A stretch of 64,000 bases of DNA from Candidatus Poribacteria bacterium (GTDB lineage: Bacteria > Poribacteria > WGA-4E > JAJDTR01). The position numbers and the translations under genes are program-made. Where the stretch lies: contig CBDCTK010000002.1 in the NCBI GenBank assembly GCA_965222225.1, positions 3,104,001 through 3,168,000 of the forward strand, in the 5' to 3' direction. This document shows, piece after piece, positions 49,414 to 60,169 of the stretch. Position 1 is the first letter of the stretch. Every line of letters starts with the position of its first letter. The notes under the pieces were generated by a model. The model did no database searches and was not told the DNA's origin. It worked only from the letters and a program-made list of their open reading frames with translations.

Positions 49414-51318
49414 TTGGAAAAAGGCAAAATTCGTACTCACGTTTTTCTAATCGCGATTCCCCTGATTGTTGCCAATTCCTCTTGGCTCAATGCCAACTGG
49501 GGCGCCGGAGGATACATCACGGGGCAGAGTTTTCCGACGATTGTGAGCCTTTATTTCAATGCAATTTTCGCCCTTACCGTGCTCATCGGTGTCAATTTTT
49601 GCCTTCGCCAATTCTCGGCGCGTCTGGCGTTCAGCAACGCGGAACTGTTGGCGCTATACACCATGCTCGTCGTCGCATCGGCAGTAGCGGGACACGATAC
49701 CCTCCAGATTTTATGGCCTATGGTCACCTACCCTATCTGGTTCAATACCCCCGAGAACGAATGGGCAATTTTTCATCCGTACATACCGGATTGGTTGACG
49801 ATTAAGGACAAAAGTAGCCTCACCTCCTTCTATCAAGGTGAGTCAAGTCTCCACATCGGAGAACACTTCGCTCTATGGTTCCCGCCGATATTATGGTGGT
49901 CTGTTTTCTTTATCATTCTCACGCTGGCGATGCTTTTCATCGTCGTGCTGGTAAGAGCACAATGGATAAGACACGAGAAACTTTCATATCCCATCATCAG
50001 GATGCCGATGGCAATGACGGCGGAAGAAGGGAGGTTTTTCAAGAACAGGCTGATGTGGATTGGTTTCTGCATCGCCGGTGTAATCAACCTTGTTAACGGT
50101 CTGCATTTCCTCTTTCCCAGAGTTCCCGGACTCGGAGGCTCGTGGTACGACATCGGAGCCCTGTTTGATATGAAACCGTTTTCCGCTATCGGGACAACAC
50201 CGATTGCTGTCTTTCCCTTTACTGTCGGCTTGAGTTTCTTCATTCCGGTCGATCTCTCGTTTTCGATCTGGTTCTTCTACCTGTTCCGCAAGCTAACACG
50301 CATTGTCGGAGACGCAGTAGGCCTAACCCGCATCCCCGAGTTTCCCTACACCGAAGATCAATCCACCGGTGCCTGGGTTGGTTTGGCGCTGGTAGTTGGG
50401 TGGATGGGCAGGAAATATTTTCTTGAGCAACTCAAAACAGCAGGTCGAACCGGAAAACCGTTAGGAGACGAACCAATCTCCGCTCGAACCGCCCTCATTG
50501 GGCTCCTATTTGCGGGGATTTTCTTAATCGGCTTCTGCTGGATAGCCAATGTGTCGCTGTTGCCAATCCTTGCCTATTTTTTCCTATTCTTTGCGCTTGG
50601 GTTCGCAATTACGCGCGTGCGCGCCGAGGCTGGCCCCCCATCTCATCATGTTTTTACACAACCTACGACAATATTAACGACGTTCTTTGGTCCGCGATGG
50701 GTCGGCACCTCGGGACTAACGCTTTTCAGCTTTTTTCGCGGATTCAACCGCTCTTATCGAAATCACCCGATGCCGAGCCTGCTAGAAGGATTCGCCATCT
50801 CCGCCCATCGGAACATTAAGAGTAGCACACTGTTCTGGGCAATCGCCCTTGCGGTGATTGTCGGAACATTGTCATCCGCTTGGTCGTATTATGCCCAAGC
50901 CTATACCTACGGCGGAGCGCTCTATGGCGAGCAAAATCAATGCCGCTGGTACTATGATGAGCTGGCTCAATGGGTCTCCAATCCATCGCCGCCGGATGCA
51001 AAAGGCATTGCCGCCGCCTTAACAGGTGGCGGGTTTACCGCGCTGCTCATGGCGCTTCGATATCGGTTCTTTTGGTGGCCCTTTCACCCAGCGGGGTACG
51101 CGCTATCGTTGGGCGAGTGGAACATGAATTGGTACTGGTTCTCTATCTTCATTGGTTGGGGGTTAAAGCTGATTGTCCTCAAGTTTAGAGGGATTCAAAC
51201 ACATAGGCAAGCGCTCCCGTTCTTTATGGGGTTGATTTTGGGAGAGTTCATCATGGGTGCCGCGTGGACGCTATTGGGCATCTCCATACAGCAGCCGATG
51301 TACCGGTTTATGCCCTAG
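49414..51318 (+). CDS. DUF6785/DUF6784-like polytopic membrane protein
   Basis: 'QWIRHEKLSYPI', 'RVRAEAG', 'WWPFHPAGY' and 'PFFMGLILGE'. Confidence 0.75.
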   Translation: MEKGKIRTHVFLIAIPLIVANSSWLNANWGAGGYITGQSFPTIVSLYFNAIFALTVLIGVNFCLRQFSARLAFSNAELLALYTMLVVASAVAGHDTLQILWPMVTYPIWFNTPENEWAIFHPYIPDWLTIKDKSSLTSFYQGESSLHIGEHFALWFPPILWWSVFFIILTLAMLFIVVLVRAQWIRHEKLSYPIIRMPMAMTAEEGRFFKNRLMWIGFCIAGVINLVNGLHFLFPRVPGLGGSWYDIGALFDMKPFSAIGTTPIAVFPFTVGLSFFIPVDLSFSIWFFYLFRKLTRIVGDAVGLTRIPEFPYTEDQSTGAWVGLALVVGWMGRKYFLEQLKTAGRTGKPLGDEPISARTALIGLLFAGIFLIGFCWIANVSLLPILAYFFLFFALGFAITRVRAEAGPPSHHVFTQPTTILTTFFGPRWVGTSGLTLFSFFRGFNRSYRNHPMPSLLEGFAISAHRNIKSSTLFWAIALAVIVGTLSSAWSYYAQAYTYGGALYGEQNQCRWYYDELAQWVSNPSPPDAKGIAAALTGGGFTALLMALRYRFFWWPFHPAGYALSLGEWNMNWYWFSIFIGWGLKLIVLKFRGIQTHRQALPFFMGLILGEFIMGAAWTLLGISIQQPMYRFMP

Positions 51319-51527
51319 ACTATAGTAGGGAAAGACAGGTATGCATAGGAAAATATTGAGAAGAACGCTTGATAAAACCAAACGAATCTCTTAGGGACTT
51401 AGTAGTTAACTGCTTTTTGGTCGATTTGCTTGCTTTTCTCTTCTTAATGTACAATCATTTTAGACAGTGTTCGGAATCTTGATTCACACTAAAATACATC
51501 TCTATAAGAGAGAAATGGAGGCATATC

Positions 51528-51650
51528 ATGTTGACCAAGCGTTTGTACATGCTCGCGGGAGCATTGCGGGTTATCTGCGGGATTTTAATTTCCAACACTA
51601 TGGGATTTTCAGCACACCATGATGTTGTCGTTGACAGAATATACCGATAG
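51528..51650 (+). CDS. 40-aa putative passenger ORF inside IS1595 copy 2
   Basis: GGAGG RBS; MLTKRLYMLAGALRVICGILISNTMGFSAHHDVVVDRIYR. Confidence 0.35.
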   Translation: MLTKRLYMLAGALRVICGILISNTMGFSAHHDVVVDRIYR

Positions 51651-51668
51651 CCAAACAATTCATGTGGC

Positions 51669-52523
51669 TCAGGTGAAGCATTCATCAAAAAATCTTATGA
51701 AAATCTCATCATCTTTTCTGCGATTATATTTCCAGCAAGACTCCATGATATACAGTGGCAGCCACTTCTTGCTGTAGTGATGATGCGTTCCGTAGAATGA
51801 CCTCTTGACACAAGCCCAAAACGACTCGATGGTGTTGGTGTGAGTTACGCCGTCCTCAGAAACATATCTCTCTTGGTGATGGATAACATGTCTTTCGATA
51901 TCTTCGTCCAGACTATTGTAAGAGCGAAATTCATCAGTCATAAGAATAGACTCATCGGGTGAGACATTGCTAAGGATGAATTCTCTGATATTTTCACCAG
52001 ATAGAACCTTCATGAATTTAGCAACCACCCGACCGCCTCTCTCGACTACGCCGATGACGGGAGATTTATTTGTGCCTCTACCTCTCTTAGATTTTGCTCT
52101 GGGTTTGCCGCCGACATAGGTTTCGTCCGCTTCAACTATCCCTTTCAGCAATTCATCACTATCACTCATTTTCTCACGGAGGCGCATTGCCATATACCAA
52201 GCGGACTTTTGATTCATGTCCAAGTCACGAGCAAGCTGACAACTCGATATGCTTTTCTTGGCATTGGAAAGAATTGAGATAGCCAAAAACCATTTCTGGA
52301 GAGGTATCTTGGTACCATGGAAGATGGTTCCTGCTGTAGCCGAAAAGCTAGATTCACAATCGTAGCAATTCCAACCAGTAGTAATGTCGTTTTTGTTCTT
52401 GCGTCCAACTTTTTCACTGCCACAGTGGATACAGCAAACACCGTCCTTCCAACGTTTTTCCTCTATAAATCTGAGACAAGATTCTTGATTTGGAAACTCT
52501 TTCATAAGATTCAAAATGTCCAT
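51669..52523 (-). CDS. IS1595-family transposase
   Basis: Differs from 14111-14965 at three residues seen by eye (R/K, N/S, V/F). Confidence 0.95.
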   Translation of the reverse strand: MDILNLMKEFPNQESCLRFIEEKRWKDGVCCIHCGSEKVGRKNKNDITTGWNCYDCESSFSATAGTIFHGTKIPLQKWFLAISILSNAKKSISSCQLARDLDMNQKSAWYMAMRLREKMSDSDELLKGIVEADETYVGGKPRAKSKRGRGTNKSPVIGVVERGGRVVAKFMKVLSGENIREFILSNVSPDESILMTDEFRSYNSLDEDIERHVIHHQERYVSEDGVTHTNTIESFWACVKRSFYGTHHHYSKKWLPLYIMESCWKYNRRKDDEIFIRFFDECFT

Positions 52524-52694
52524 AGCAAACTCCTACGAGAAGAATAGTCACTATGGACATCTACGTGTGACGAAAAGATTTACGACAGGGTACCAAGTTT
52601 TATGTTTGTCGTCAGTCTAAAAGCTACAAGCTACTAATTCCGATCTCTTATACTGTTTACAGTGAATCGGCAAGAATGAACGCAAGATACCATA

Positions 52695-53528
52695 ATGGGC
52701 GAAGTGATGAACCAAACGACTGAGATAGGCGGCTTAACGGATGCGCAGCGAGGTTTCTACGAGACTTTTGGCTATGTGGTCTTGAAAGGGGTATTTGCGA
52801 CGACAGAGCTCGAAAGCATCCGACGCGAGTTTGACAATATGCTGGCAGACCAATACTCGCACACTCCCTACGACGGCTCGGCCCGCCATTGGACGCCGAT
52901 GATGGATGAGAATACCCCCTTTCTTGCCAACATGATGGAAGATAGCCGCTTTCTTTCTGTTGCCCAACAGCTTTACGGAGACGACGTGCTCGGTGTCATA
53001 GTTGATGGAAATCGGTACACCGGCGACACACGCTGGCACCGTGACACGGCTACCGTTCATCAATACGGCGTGAAGTTTGCGTTTTATTTTCAGACCGTAG
53101 ATGCGGACACGGGCGCCCTGCGCGTTATCCCGGGCACGCACCGTCTGCCAAATGACGATGAGTTTGCTCAAGGCGTACGTTCTATGCTTGGGGAGTCCGT
53201 CCCGGCTACCGCGCTCGCTTCTGAACCGGGAGACGTAGTTGCGTTCGATCTTCGAATGTGGCACGCGTCCCTTGGTGGCAGTGACGATCGCCAAATGTGT
53301 ACCGTTGTCTACTACGCGAACCCCAAAAATGCCGAAGAATTTAAAGCGCTTCGAAACCAAGGAGCGCGAAATGTCGAGGCAGGAATCAAGTCGTTCAAAC
53401 CCAGGCGACCGTATATTTACTCGAAAAGATGGGTCTCCAATCCCCACGGCAACCCGGTCCGTCAATATTGGATAGATCGCCTAACAGAAGTAGGTTACTT
53501 CAATGCACCGGGTGTTGTACAGGCATAA
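52695..53528 (+). CDS. PhyH-family dioxygenase (same subfamily as 24221 and 25155)
   Basis: WHRD, 'YGVKFAFY', 'GALRVIPGTH' and 'EPGDVVAFDLRMWHAS'. Confidence 0.9.
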   Translation: MGEVMNQTTEIGGLTDAQRGFYETFGYVVLKGVFATTELESIRREFDNMLADQYSHTPYDGSARHWTPMMDENTPFLANMMEDSRFLSVAQQLYGDDVLGVIVDGNRYTGDTRWHRDTATVHQYGVKFAFYFQTVDADTGALRVIPGTHRLPNDDEFAQGVRSMLGESVPATALASEPGDVVAFDLRMWHASLGGSDDRQMCTVVYYANPKNAEEFKALRNQGARNVEAGIKSFKPRRPYIYSKRWVSNPHGNPVRQYWIDRLTEVGYFNAPGVVQA

Positions 53529-53564
53529 CAATCGCAAATTGAGCGTTTGAGGAGGCGCCCTAAA

Positions 53565-54422
53565 ATGGCACAACAAGAGTCCAGCCACAACTCATCAGAC
53601 AAAGCAGCTGTTACGGAAGTGTCCCGACCCACCCAGGCAGAACGCTTTTTCTTCGACAACAACGGTTATCTCATTGTGGAAGACTTTCTGAAGGAAGACC
53701 ACATTAATGCGCTTACAGAAACGCTGTTCCGTGTTGTCGCTTGTCGACGTGAACAACAGGAAAATGGAATCCCTCATACGGGCATTACAAGTATTAGCGG
53801 CGAGCGCAGTGCGCGCGTCGTGTACATCTTGGATGATGATCCGCTTTTTCTTGAGATGATGGATTGGCCTCCAATTATGCCTTACGTGACCGGCCTGCTC
53901 AATGAACGTCCCCACCATCACTCCTCCGATGCGTTTGTAGAATATGGCAGCGATCAAGGCGGACGAGGGATGGGTTGGCACATTGATGGCCATGACAACG
54001 GTTACCGTGACCTCGGCACACCTATTCCGCTCCTCCAACTCAAGATCGGCTACTATTTGAACGACATGACAAGCCCCGGACAAGGCAATGTCTCCGTCGT
54101 TCCCGGGAGTCACAAGGCGTCATACAGCCCCGACGCGGAGGATGTGAAGCGACCGGATCTGTTCCCCGGCGCCGTCCAAATCTGCGCTCCGCCCGGTGCG
54201 GCTATCCTTTTTCACAACGCACTGTGGCACTCGGCGGGACCATTTTCCAATCCCGATGGCTGTCGATTACTTCTGTACTACGCCTATGAACAACCGTGGA
54301 TGGTCGGTTCCCACCAGCACTGGGGATATCCTAAGGATTTCTACAACAATCGACTTGCTCCAGAGCAACGTAAACTGTTTCACGGTTTTCTGTTTGACCC
54401 GCCCGAGGAACGTTGGGGTTAA
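53565..54422 (+). CDS. PhyH-family dioxygenase
   Basis: 'FDNNGYL', WHID, 'VVPGSHK' and 'LWHS'; GAGGAGG RBS before ATG 53565. Confidence 0.9.
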   Translation: MAQQESSHNSSDKAAVTEVSRPTQAERFFFDNNGYLIVEDFLKEDHINALTETLFRVVACRREQQENGIPHTGITSISGERSARVVYILDDDPLFLEMMDWPPIMPYVTGLLNERPHHHSSDAFVEYGSDQGGRGMGWHIDGHDNGYRDLGTPIPLLQLKIGYYLNDMTSPGQGNVSVVPGSHKASYSPDAEDVKRPDLFPGAVQICAPPGAAILFHNALWHSAGPFSNPDGCRLLLYYAYEQPWMVGSHQHWGYPKDFYNNRLAPEQRKLFHGFLFDPPEERWG

Positions 54423-54581
54423 TGCCGCGTTTCACAGAAGATCGCGGAATCTGAAACTCCGGTGAATCTGCCATGTGGAGGATTCCTCAAGCTTTTGCAA
54501 CACCTCAAGTCGAAAATACTCCACGTGTAGCGGAATTCGGAATGGGAAGAACGGATAATTCATTTATGGAAGGTATCGGTT

Positions 54582-55241
54582 ATGGCTAAAAACATTATTG
54601 ATTTGACTCATCCTTTTGATGACTCAACGCCCCCGTTTCCCGGCAATCCGCCGGTTGAAGTAGGCATACTCGCGGCAATTCCCGATAACCATCCCGCTGG
54701 CAAGCCGGGATACGTGAACTCCTGCACGTTTAAGACCTGTGTCCACACGGGAACGCACATGGATGCCCCTTTTCATTTCTATAGGAACCATCCCACTATC
54801 GATCGGATTCCCCTAGACCGGTGCATGGGACGCGCGCTGCTTATTGATTTGTCTGATATAGCGCCCAATGCGGAAATCACACCCGCAGATCTTCACCCGT
54901 ATCAGGAACAGATTAGTGAAATTCGCAGAGTAGTTCTCAACACCGGTTGGGCAATCCACTGGACGAAGGAGATGTTCTTTACCGATTTTCCGGTTATAAC
55001 GACGGAAGCCGCCCAATTCCTCGTGGACTGCGGCACCGAGCTTATAGGCATTGACACTCCGTCCATTGATAAAGCGCCTAACGAATCCCATTTCATCGTA
55101 CTTGGCAACGATACCCTAATCATCGAAAATCTGACGAACCTCGATCTCATTGAAGAGGATGTGTTTCATCTCATTGCACTACCATTGAAAATCACGGGCA
55201 GGGACGGATCGCCGGTACGAGTTGCAGCGGTCTTGGAGTAG
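54582..55241 (+). CDS. Cyclase family metal hydrolase (kynurenine formamidase-like)
   Basis: HTGTHMDAPFHF, 'GIDTPSID', 'IENLTNL' and 'DGSPVR'. Confidence 0.92.
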   Translation: MAKNIIDLTHPFDDSTPPFPGNPPVEVGILAAIPDNHPAGKPGYVNSCTFKTCVHTGTHMDAPFHFYRNHPTIDRIPLDRCMGRALLIDLSDIAPNAEITPADLHPYQEQISEIRRVVLNTGWAIHWTKEMFFTDFPVITTEAAQFLVDCGTELIGIDTPSIDKAPNESHFIVLGNDTLIIENLTNLDLIEEDVFHLIALPLKITGRDGSPVRVAAVLE

Positions 55242-55373
55242 GTAGAAACTCGGTAAGACAACATGGTGCGAAGTGGATACTTTTGGGATTCACACGGAAA
55301 TCCTGACCAAGGGAACTAGACCTGTTTTCAACCCATTGATTGGCTAACTACTGTAGTTTAGGGAGGCGTTTTT

Positions 55374-56228
55374 ATGTTCAAGGCTTTACAGCCCGGCGCC
55401 ATCGGCATCCGGGCAGGCATGCAGGAATGCCTACGGTTGGCAAAAAATGCTGGTTTCGAAGGTATGGACCTAGCGATTAGCGAGGCTAACGACCTCGCAC
55501 AGGCAAATTCCGTGGATTACGTCAAGGATCTCTGGTCTGCGTCCGGATTGAAGATCGGGGGATGGGGACTTCCGGTAGATTGGCGCGGTAGCGATGCGGA
55601 ATACAACGAAGATCTTCGAAAACTTCCGCGACTGGCAAGACTTGCCGCAGACCTTGGGTGTTTTCGCTCAACAACCTGGATTCTTCCCTCTGGCGAAATA
55701 CCGTTTAAGGAGAACTGGGATTTTCACGTCAAACGCCTACGGCCGGCGATGGAGATTTTGAAGGAGTATGGACATCGGTTCGGCTTAGAGTTTGTGGCAC
55801 CGGCAACCAGGCGAAAGGATGGGGAGTTCCTTTTCCTTCACACAATGGATGCAGTGCTCGGGCTTGCCGCCGCAATCGGCACCGGCAACGTTGGTTTACT
55901 GTTCGACGCGTGGCATTGGTATACTAGTCACGCCACGCTTGATGACGTTAGGAAACTCGGCAAAGGTGATGTCGTGTACGTCCACATCAACGACGCCCCT
56001 GCAGGTATCGATCGAGACGATCAACTCGATCTTGTCCGATGCCTCCCCGGCGAGACCGGTGTGATTCCAGTCGCAGAGTTACTCCAAATCCTGGACGATA
56101 TCGGTTACGACGGGCCCGTAGTGCCGGAGCCGTTGAGCGAGAAAGTCTATGCAATGGAGTCTCAGGACGCCGCCAACGCCACCGCGCGATCACTGGATAA
56201 GGTGTGGCAGCTGGCGGGATTTGAATAG
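55374..56228 (+). CDS. Sugar-phosphate isomerase/epimerase (AP endonuclease 2 TIM barrel)
   Basis: 'GLEF', 'LLFDAWHW', 'VHIND', 'RCLPGETG' and 'GYDGPVVPE'. Confidence 0.9.
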   Translation: MFKALQPGAIGIRAGMQECLRLAKNAGFEGMDLAISEANDLAQANSVDYVKDLWSASGLKIGGWGLPVDWRGSDAEYNEDLRKLPRLARLAADLGCFRSTTWILPSGEIPFKENWDFHVKRLRPAMEILKEYGHRFGLEFVAPATRRKDGEFLFLHTMDAVLGLAAAIGTGNVGLLFDAWHWYTSHATLDDVRKLGKGDVVYVHINDAPAGIDRDDQLDLVRCLPGETGVIPVAELLQILDDIGYDGPVVPEPLSEKVYAMESQDAANATARSLDKVWQLAGFE

Positions 56229-56248
56229 GCGAAAGAATTCTGGCTACC

Positions 56249-58274
56249 ATGAACTACGAACAATGGAATCAAGCCATCATCTCGTACTTCTTTGAAGAGT
56301 GCAACCCGGGTGAGATTGTCTTTCTGCAAACAGATGATGAAACACTGGCTGAAATCGCTGAATTGTCCAATTTTAACATAGAGAATCCTGCGGATAGTTT
56401 AAAACAAGCCGTCAGAGGCAAATTCATTTGTAACGGGAGTCGGGTCAATCTGTGGGATAGCGTTCCGGAAAGTTTTTGGAAAATCCGTCTGCCCCAAGAA
56501 GCGCCTCAAGTTGCCTTCCTCGCTTTATCAGTCCTTGCCGCATCGCAGATGAGTTCTACAGAATAGTATTTCACATACAAATTACTATGCACGATTAAAT
56601 GAACTCTTGTTTGACCTACTCATTCAAAGACGCCCGAAGGGACTAGAGACCGCCTATTTTAAGGAATGCTGGATAAAGCTTCAACGATGGGCAGAAAATC
56701 GACATCATGTCAATCTCTATCTGACCGAAGGTTCATCAAACCGTAAGTATGTTTGGTACCCGATTTCACAATGTCTAATTAGCGAACACGATCGACAGAG
56801 GATTTACCGTTTCTTTTCCAAGCATAATCTTACGCCGTTCTCAGAGCCACGTGATAATGAATTATATACTCAACTACACTATTGGACATCATCGCCTCAG
56901 GGATCTTCAAAAATAGGTCGCTACCTCACCAACCAATATTACAAGGAATCCATTCTCAGCCAGGTTAAATCAATTCTGAAACATTGGGATGGTCAAGTCC
57001 CGCCAGATGAAACACCTATTGGTACAAAACACAGAAAGGCACCAATCAGCGTTCAGTTCTGCTTTGGGCACATTTCTGATACCGTGGAAGTTCGTTACTG
57101 GTTCCCAAGACGTGGGAAGGACAACATAACCTGCAAAGCCAACCCTCTAGGCATTCAAATACTACAAACATTTGACTCGGAAAAATGGTTTAGGCCTGTT
57201 GTTGATGAGAAAAGCGCGTTTTGGAATTTGCAGAATCGCTGGGAAGTGACCACCGATGAAACTAAACCAATAATTTACTCCCTGCATCCCTCCGACGTCT
57301 GGGTTTTCCGAGAAGATCCAGAACGTGACGATGGTTGGCTTTTTCAGCGGAACATGCAACTGTACGAGGACCACTTGATAGTGTTCCGCGAGAAACTCGT
57401 TGAGCACGTTCTCCATTGTCTAAAACAGACTTGCGCGCTGAGCGATGACAAACCAAATCGCATCCATGATGGCTGGCTCTATATGCGAGCCAAACCGATC
57501 AGACTTCAACCTTTTTCTACGAGGGAACTCTGGCGACTTTCTGTGATTTCTAGTAAACAGATTCGGCTTATTGGCGGATTGTCAGTTCAAGACCAGCACC
57601 GACGCAGAGCATATCTCAGTATTTGCCTTCCTGATATTTTCGTTCCTAATCTCGGACTTTCAAGTGAAGTGCCTTTGAAAATTGACGCGCACGCCTACCC
57701 CGTTGGTGAAAATAGGCTCGTAAGGTTCGAAAACCCGTTGTCACCTCGAGTTTATCAACTTTCCTATGGGACACAATCAAGGGCGCTATGGGTCATAGGA
57801 CCGGAACGCGACATTGAATACGAAAGCCAAACTCTAATGGCAAACTTATCTCATGATAGGATAGCGATTCCGATGTATTCTGTAGAGAAGATTTCAGAGA
57901 GATCGAAGAAATTCGGAGTGTGGATTGCAGGTGCCAAATTCTTTGGGAAAAACGTTCCAGAACTTACATGGGACGATGTGCAGACCGAACCCCAAATTAA
58001 AGAAGATAATGGCTTATTGCCTAAATCTCCTGCTGAGCTTATTTCAGCAGTCGTAAAGGCAGCAATCGAACTGAGGAAGGACAAGGCTTCGATAAAAGAG
58101 TGGTTAGATCAAGTAATCGAACATCTAGATCAGGATATCGCGTTACGAGCTCTTGTTGAAAAGAAATTGTGGCACTATCGTGAAACGGCTTTGTCATCTG
58201 CAAATCTCCGCAGCCGAGAAGGTAGGTATCCATGGAAGCGAAACCGTACCCAGAAAAAAAACGGAGACATTTAA
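56249..58274 (+). pseudogene. Druantia-associated protein (DruB / DruH-N-terminal-like), frameshifted near 56560
   Basis: ORF1 'MNYEQWNQAI..YFF...FLALSVLAA' continues in a shifted frame as 'NYYARLNELLF...PISQCL'; first gene of the helicase operon. Confidence 0.55.
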
Positions 58275-60160
58275 TAGACCGGGGCAATGAAGACTTTATT
58301 GCGTTCTTGGAACAAGTAGAGGCAACAAAAGAAGGACAGCGGGCTCTAAAAAGTCTACTTCCAACCAAGGTGAAAGGATTCCGACCTGGGCATGCACCAT
58401 TAAAAAGAAAAGTCCCAATATTGACAATTGAGTTGAAAAAGGAAGGTGAACTTTCCAACTCCTCCTCCCTGATTTGGGCCTCCTTCAAAAACGCATGGAC
58501 CGCATGGGTTAGGTCGCACGATGAACTGAATCCAATCTTGCTTGAATTGGACAATGCAGCGGATTTCGACGAGAAACACGAGTGTACAGCACTTCCGAAC
58601 AGCGAAATTGATATGCAGTGTTTCAAACACCTGCTGGAAGCAAGTGAAAACTATTTGGTTGATAAGGAGACGATTGAACGCTTTTACGATTACGGCTATT
58701 TCCTTCCTTCTGAAGAAATCGAAGCTATCATCAAACAAGCACGCCCCCGAGCAGAAATCGAACGACAGCGACGAATAGTGGCACTTCCTGCACTCGTTGA
58801 CCAGCTATTTGAAGATATTAACTCTCTCAATTCGAAGCTTTCTGCAATTGAGTCCGCCGACATAACGACAAAGACACTCAACCAGCGAACAGCAGAAGTG
58901 ATTGACTCTTTCGAACGTCAACTTTCCGATACAAAGGCAAACTTCAATAAAAGCGTTGGGCAGTTAAAGCAATCAATCAATTCCCGACTTTCCAAGGTAG
59001 AAGATTCGGTAAAGTCTCTTGAAACCCAACTGGCGGATGGCCAATTTGTCGAAAGTGTGAGGCAGGAAATCGCACAGCTTGGTCAGACTATCGAAGAAAG
59101 TGTCCACTCACTTCGGACCCGGCAAGATGGATTGGACAAGAAATTCGCTGAAATCGAGACAGATCGAGAAGAACAACATCGAATGACCAACGCACCAAGA
59201 ATTGCCAATCAAGCCGTGCGGATTGGAGAACGTTATAACTCCCAACTAAGAGAAGACAATGAACATTACTTAGATGAGATTGATTACTTGTGGAATTTTG
59301 CAGGTTGTCTAAGAAGATTTGGCGTAACGAACTCCGGCGAGACGGGAGATGAAATGGCGGCGGCCATCCACATTGCCTTGAAGACCTTTCCTGCACTTGC
59401 AGTCAACGACACGCGAATATTCAAGGTATGGCAACTGATGTGTGGCAATCACTTGCACGTTACGGAAATCGGTGTAGAAATGGGGTGGCTTGGTCTTCAA
59501 GATTGGTTCCCTGAACTTTTTTATCAAGAGTGTTTTGGGGAACAATTAAGGCGGATGGACCTCGACATCTCAATTAGGAGAATGCTTGAAATTGGAGATA
59601 TGCCGTGGGCAATTCATATGAGTAATTGTGACCGGTCATTTCCAGAAAGTTACCTTCCAAGATTTCTCGACTGGATTGGGGAGTTATCCGACGGTGAGAT
59701 CAGGATTTTCCTCACACGTTCTTCTGGGGTGAATCGCTGTGGGACGACTCAAGATGTTTATGCTCGAGTGGCACGTCTTCTTGCACCTGAGAAGCTAGAG
59801 CCAATTGAAGCAAGGAACTTACAACCTCGCGACATCCTTACGTGGCATGAGTGGACATCGTGGTGCCAACCGAATGATGCTGTCAGTCAAGTTGAATTTC
59901 TGAATCAACTTCAAGAAGCAATTGAAAATGCCGGTACTCAAATTCCGCTGTCGCTTCTTTGTGAAATCCAACGTTATGTTCAACTTTCACATGGTATTTT
60001 GTCATCGTCTAAAGCTCTTGATTGGGCATTAACCTTACGTCTCCTGCCGTGGATTGTATACCACCGCGAGCTGATTGATACCGCGCAGAATTTGATCCAT
60101 CGGGAAAATCGGGAATTGACACACTTCCAAGATGGATTACTACAAGCACGAGAGAAATGA
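58232..60160 (+). CDS. Coiled-coil protein with a degenerate McrB/AAA+-like C-terminal region (DruC-like position)
   Basis: Heptad-rich central region; 'VEMGWLGLQDW' and 'IHMSNCDRSFPESYLPRFL'; overlaps the upstream gene. Confidence 0.5.
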   Translation: MEAKPYPEKKRRHLIDRGNEDFIAFLEQVEATKEGQRALKSLLPTKVKGFRPGHAPLKRKVPILTIELKKEGELSNSSSLIWASFKNAWTAWVRSHDELNPILLELDNAADFDEKHECTALPNSEIDMQCFKHLLEASENYLVDKETIERFYDYGYFLPSEEIEAIIKQARPRAEIERQRRIVALPALVDQLFEDINSLNSKLSAIESADITTKTLNQRTAEVIDSFERQLSDTKANFNKSVGQLKQSINSRLSKVEDSVKSLETQLADGQFVESVRQEIAQLGQTIEESVHSLRTRQDGLDKKFAEIETDREEQHRMTNAPRIANQAVRIGERYNSQLREDNEHYLDEIDYLWNFAGCLRRFGVTNSGETGDEMAAAIHIALKTFPALAVNDTRIFKVWQLMCGNHLHVTEIGVEMGWLGLQDWFPELFYQECFGEQLRRMDLDISIRRMLEIGDMPWAIHMSNCDRSFPESYLPRFLDWIGELSDGEIRIFLTRSSGVNRCGTTQDVYARVARLLAPEKLEPIEARNLQPRDILTWHEWTSWCQPNDAVSQVEFLNQLQEAIENAGTQIPLSLLCEIQRYVQLSHGILSSSKALDWALTLRLLPWIVYHRELIDTAQNLIHRENRELTHFQDGLLQAREK

Positions 60161-60169
60161 ATATCCTCG

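Larger units (their letters stand above)
51394..52642 (-). mobile_element. IS1595-family insertion sequence, copy 2 (1249 bp) with an 8-bp target duplication
   Basis: ATCTCTTA at 51386-51393 and 52643-52650; same ends as copy 1. Confidence 0.95.

Noticed and set aside
13992-52642. Composite transposon or inversion bounded by the two inverted IS1595 copies
   Set aside because: Copy 2 keeps its own 8-bp duplication on both sides, and the outer flanks of the pair do not match.
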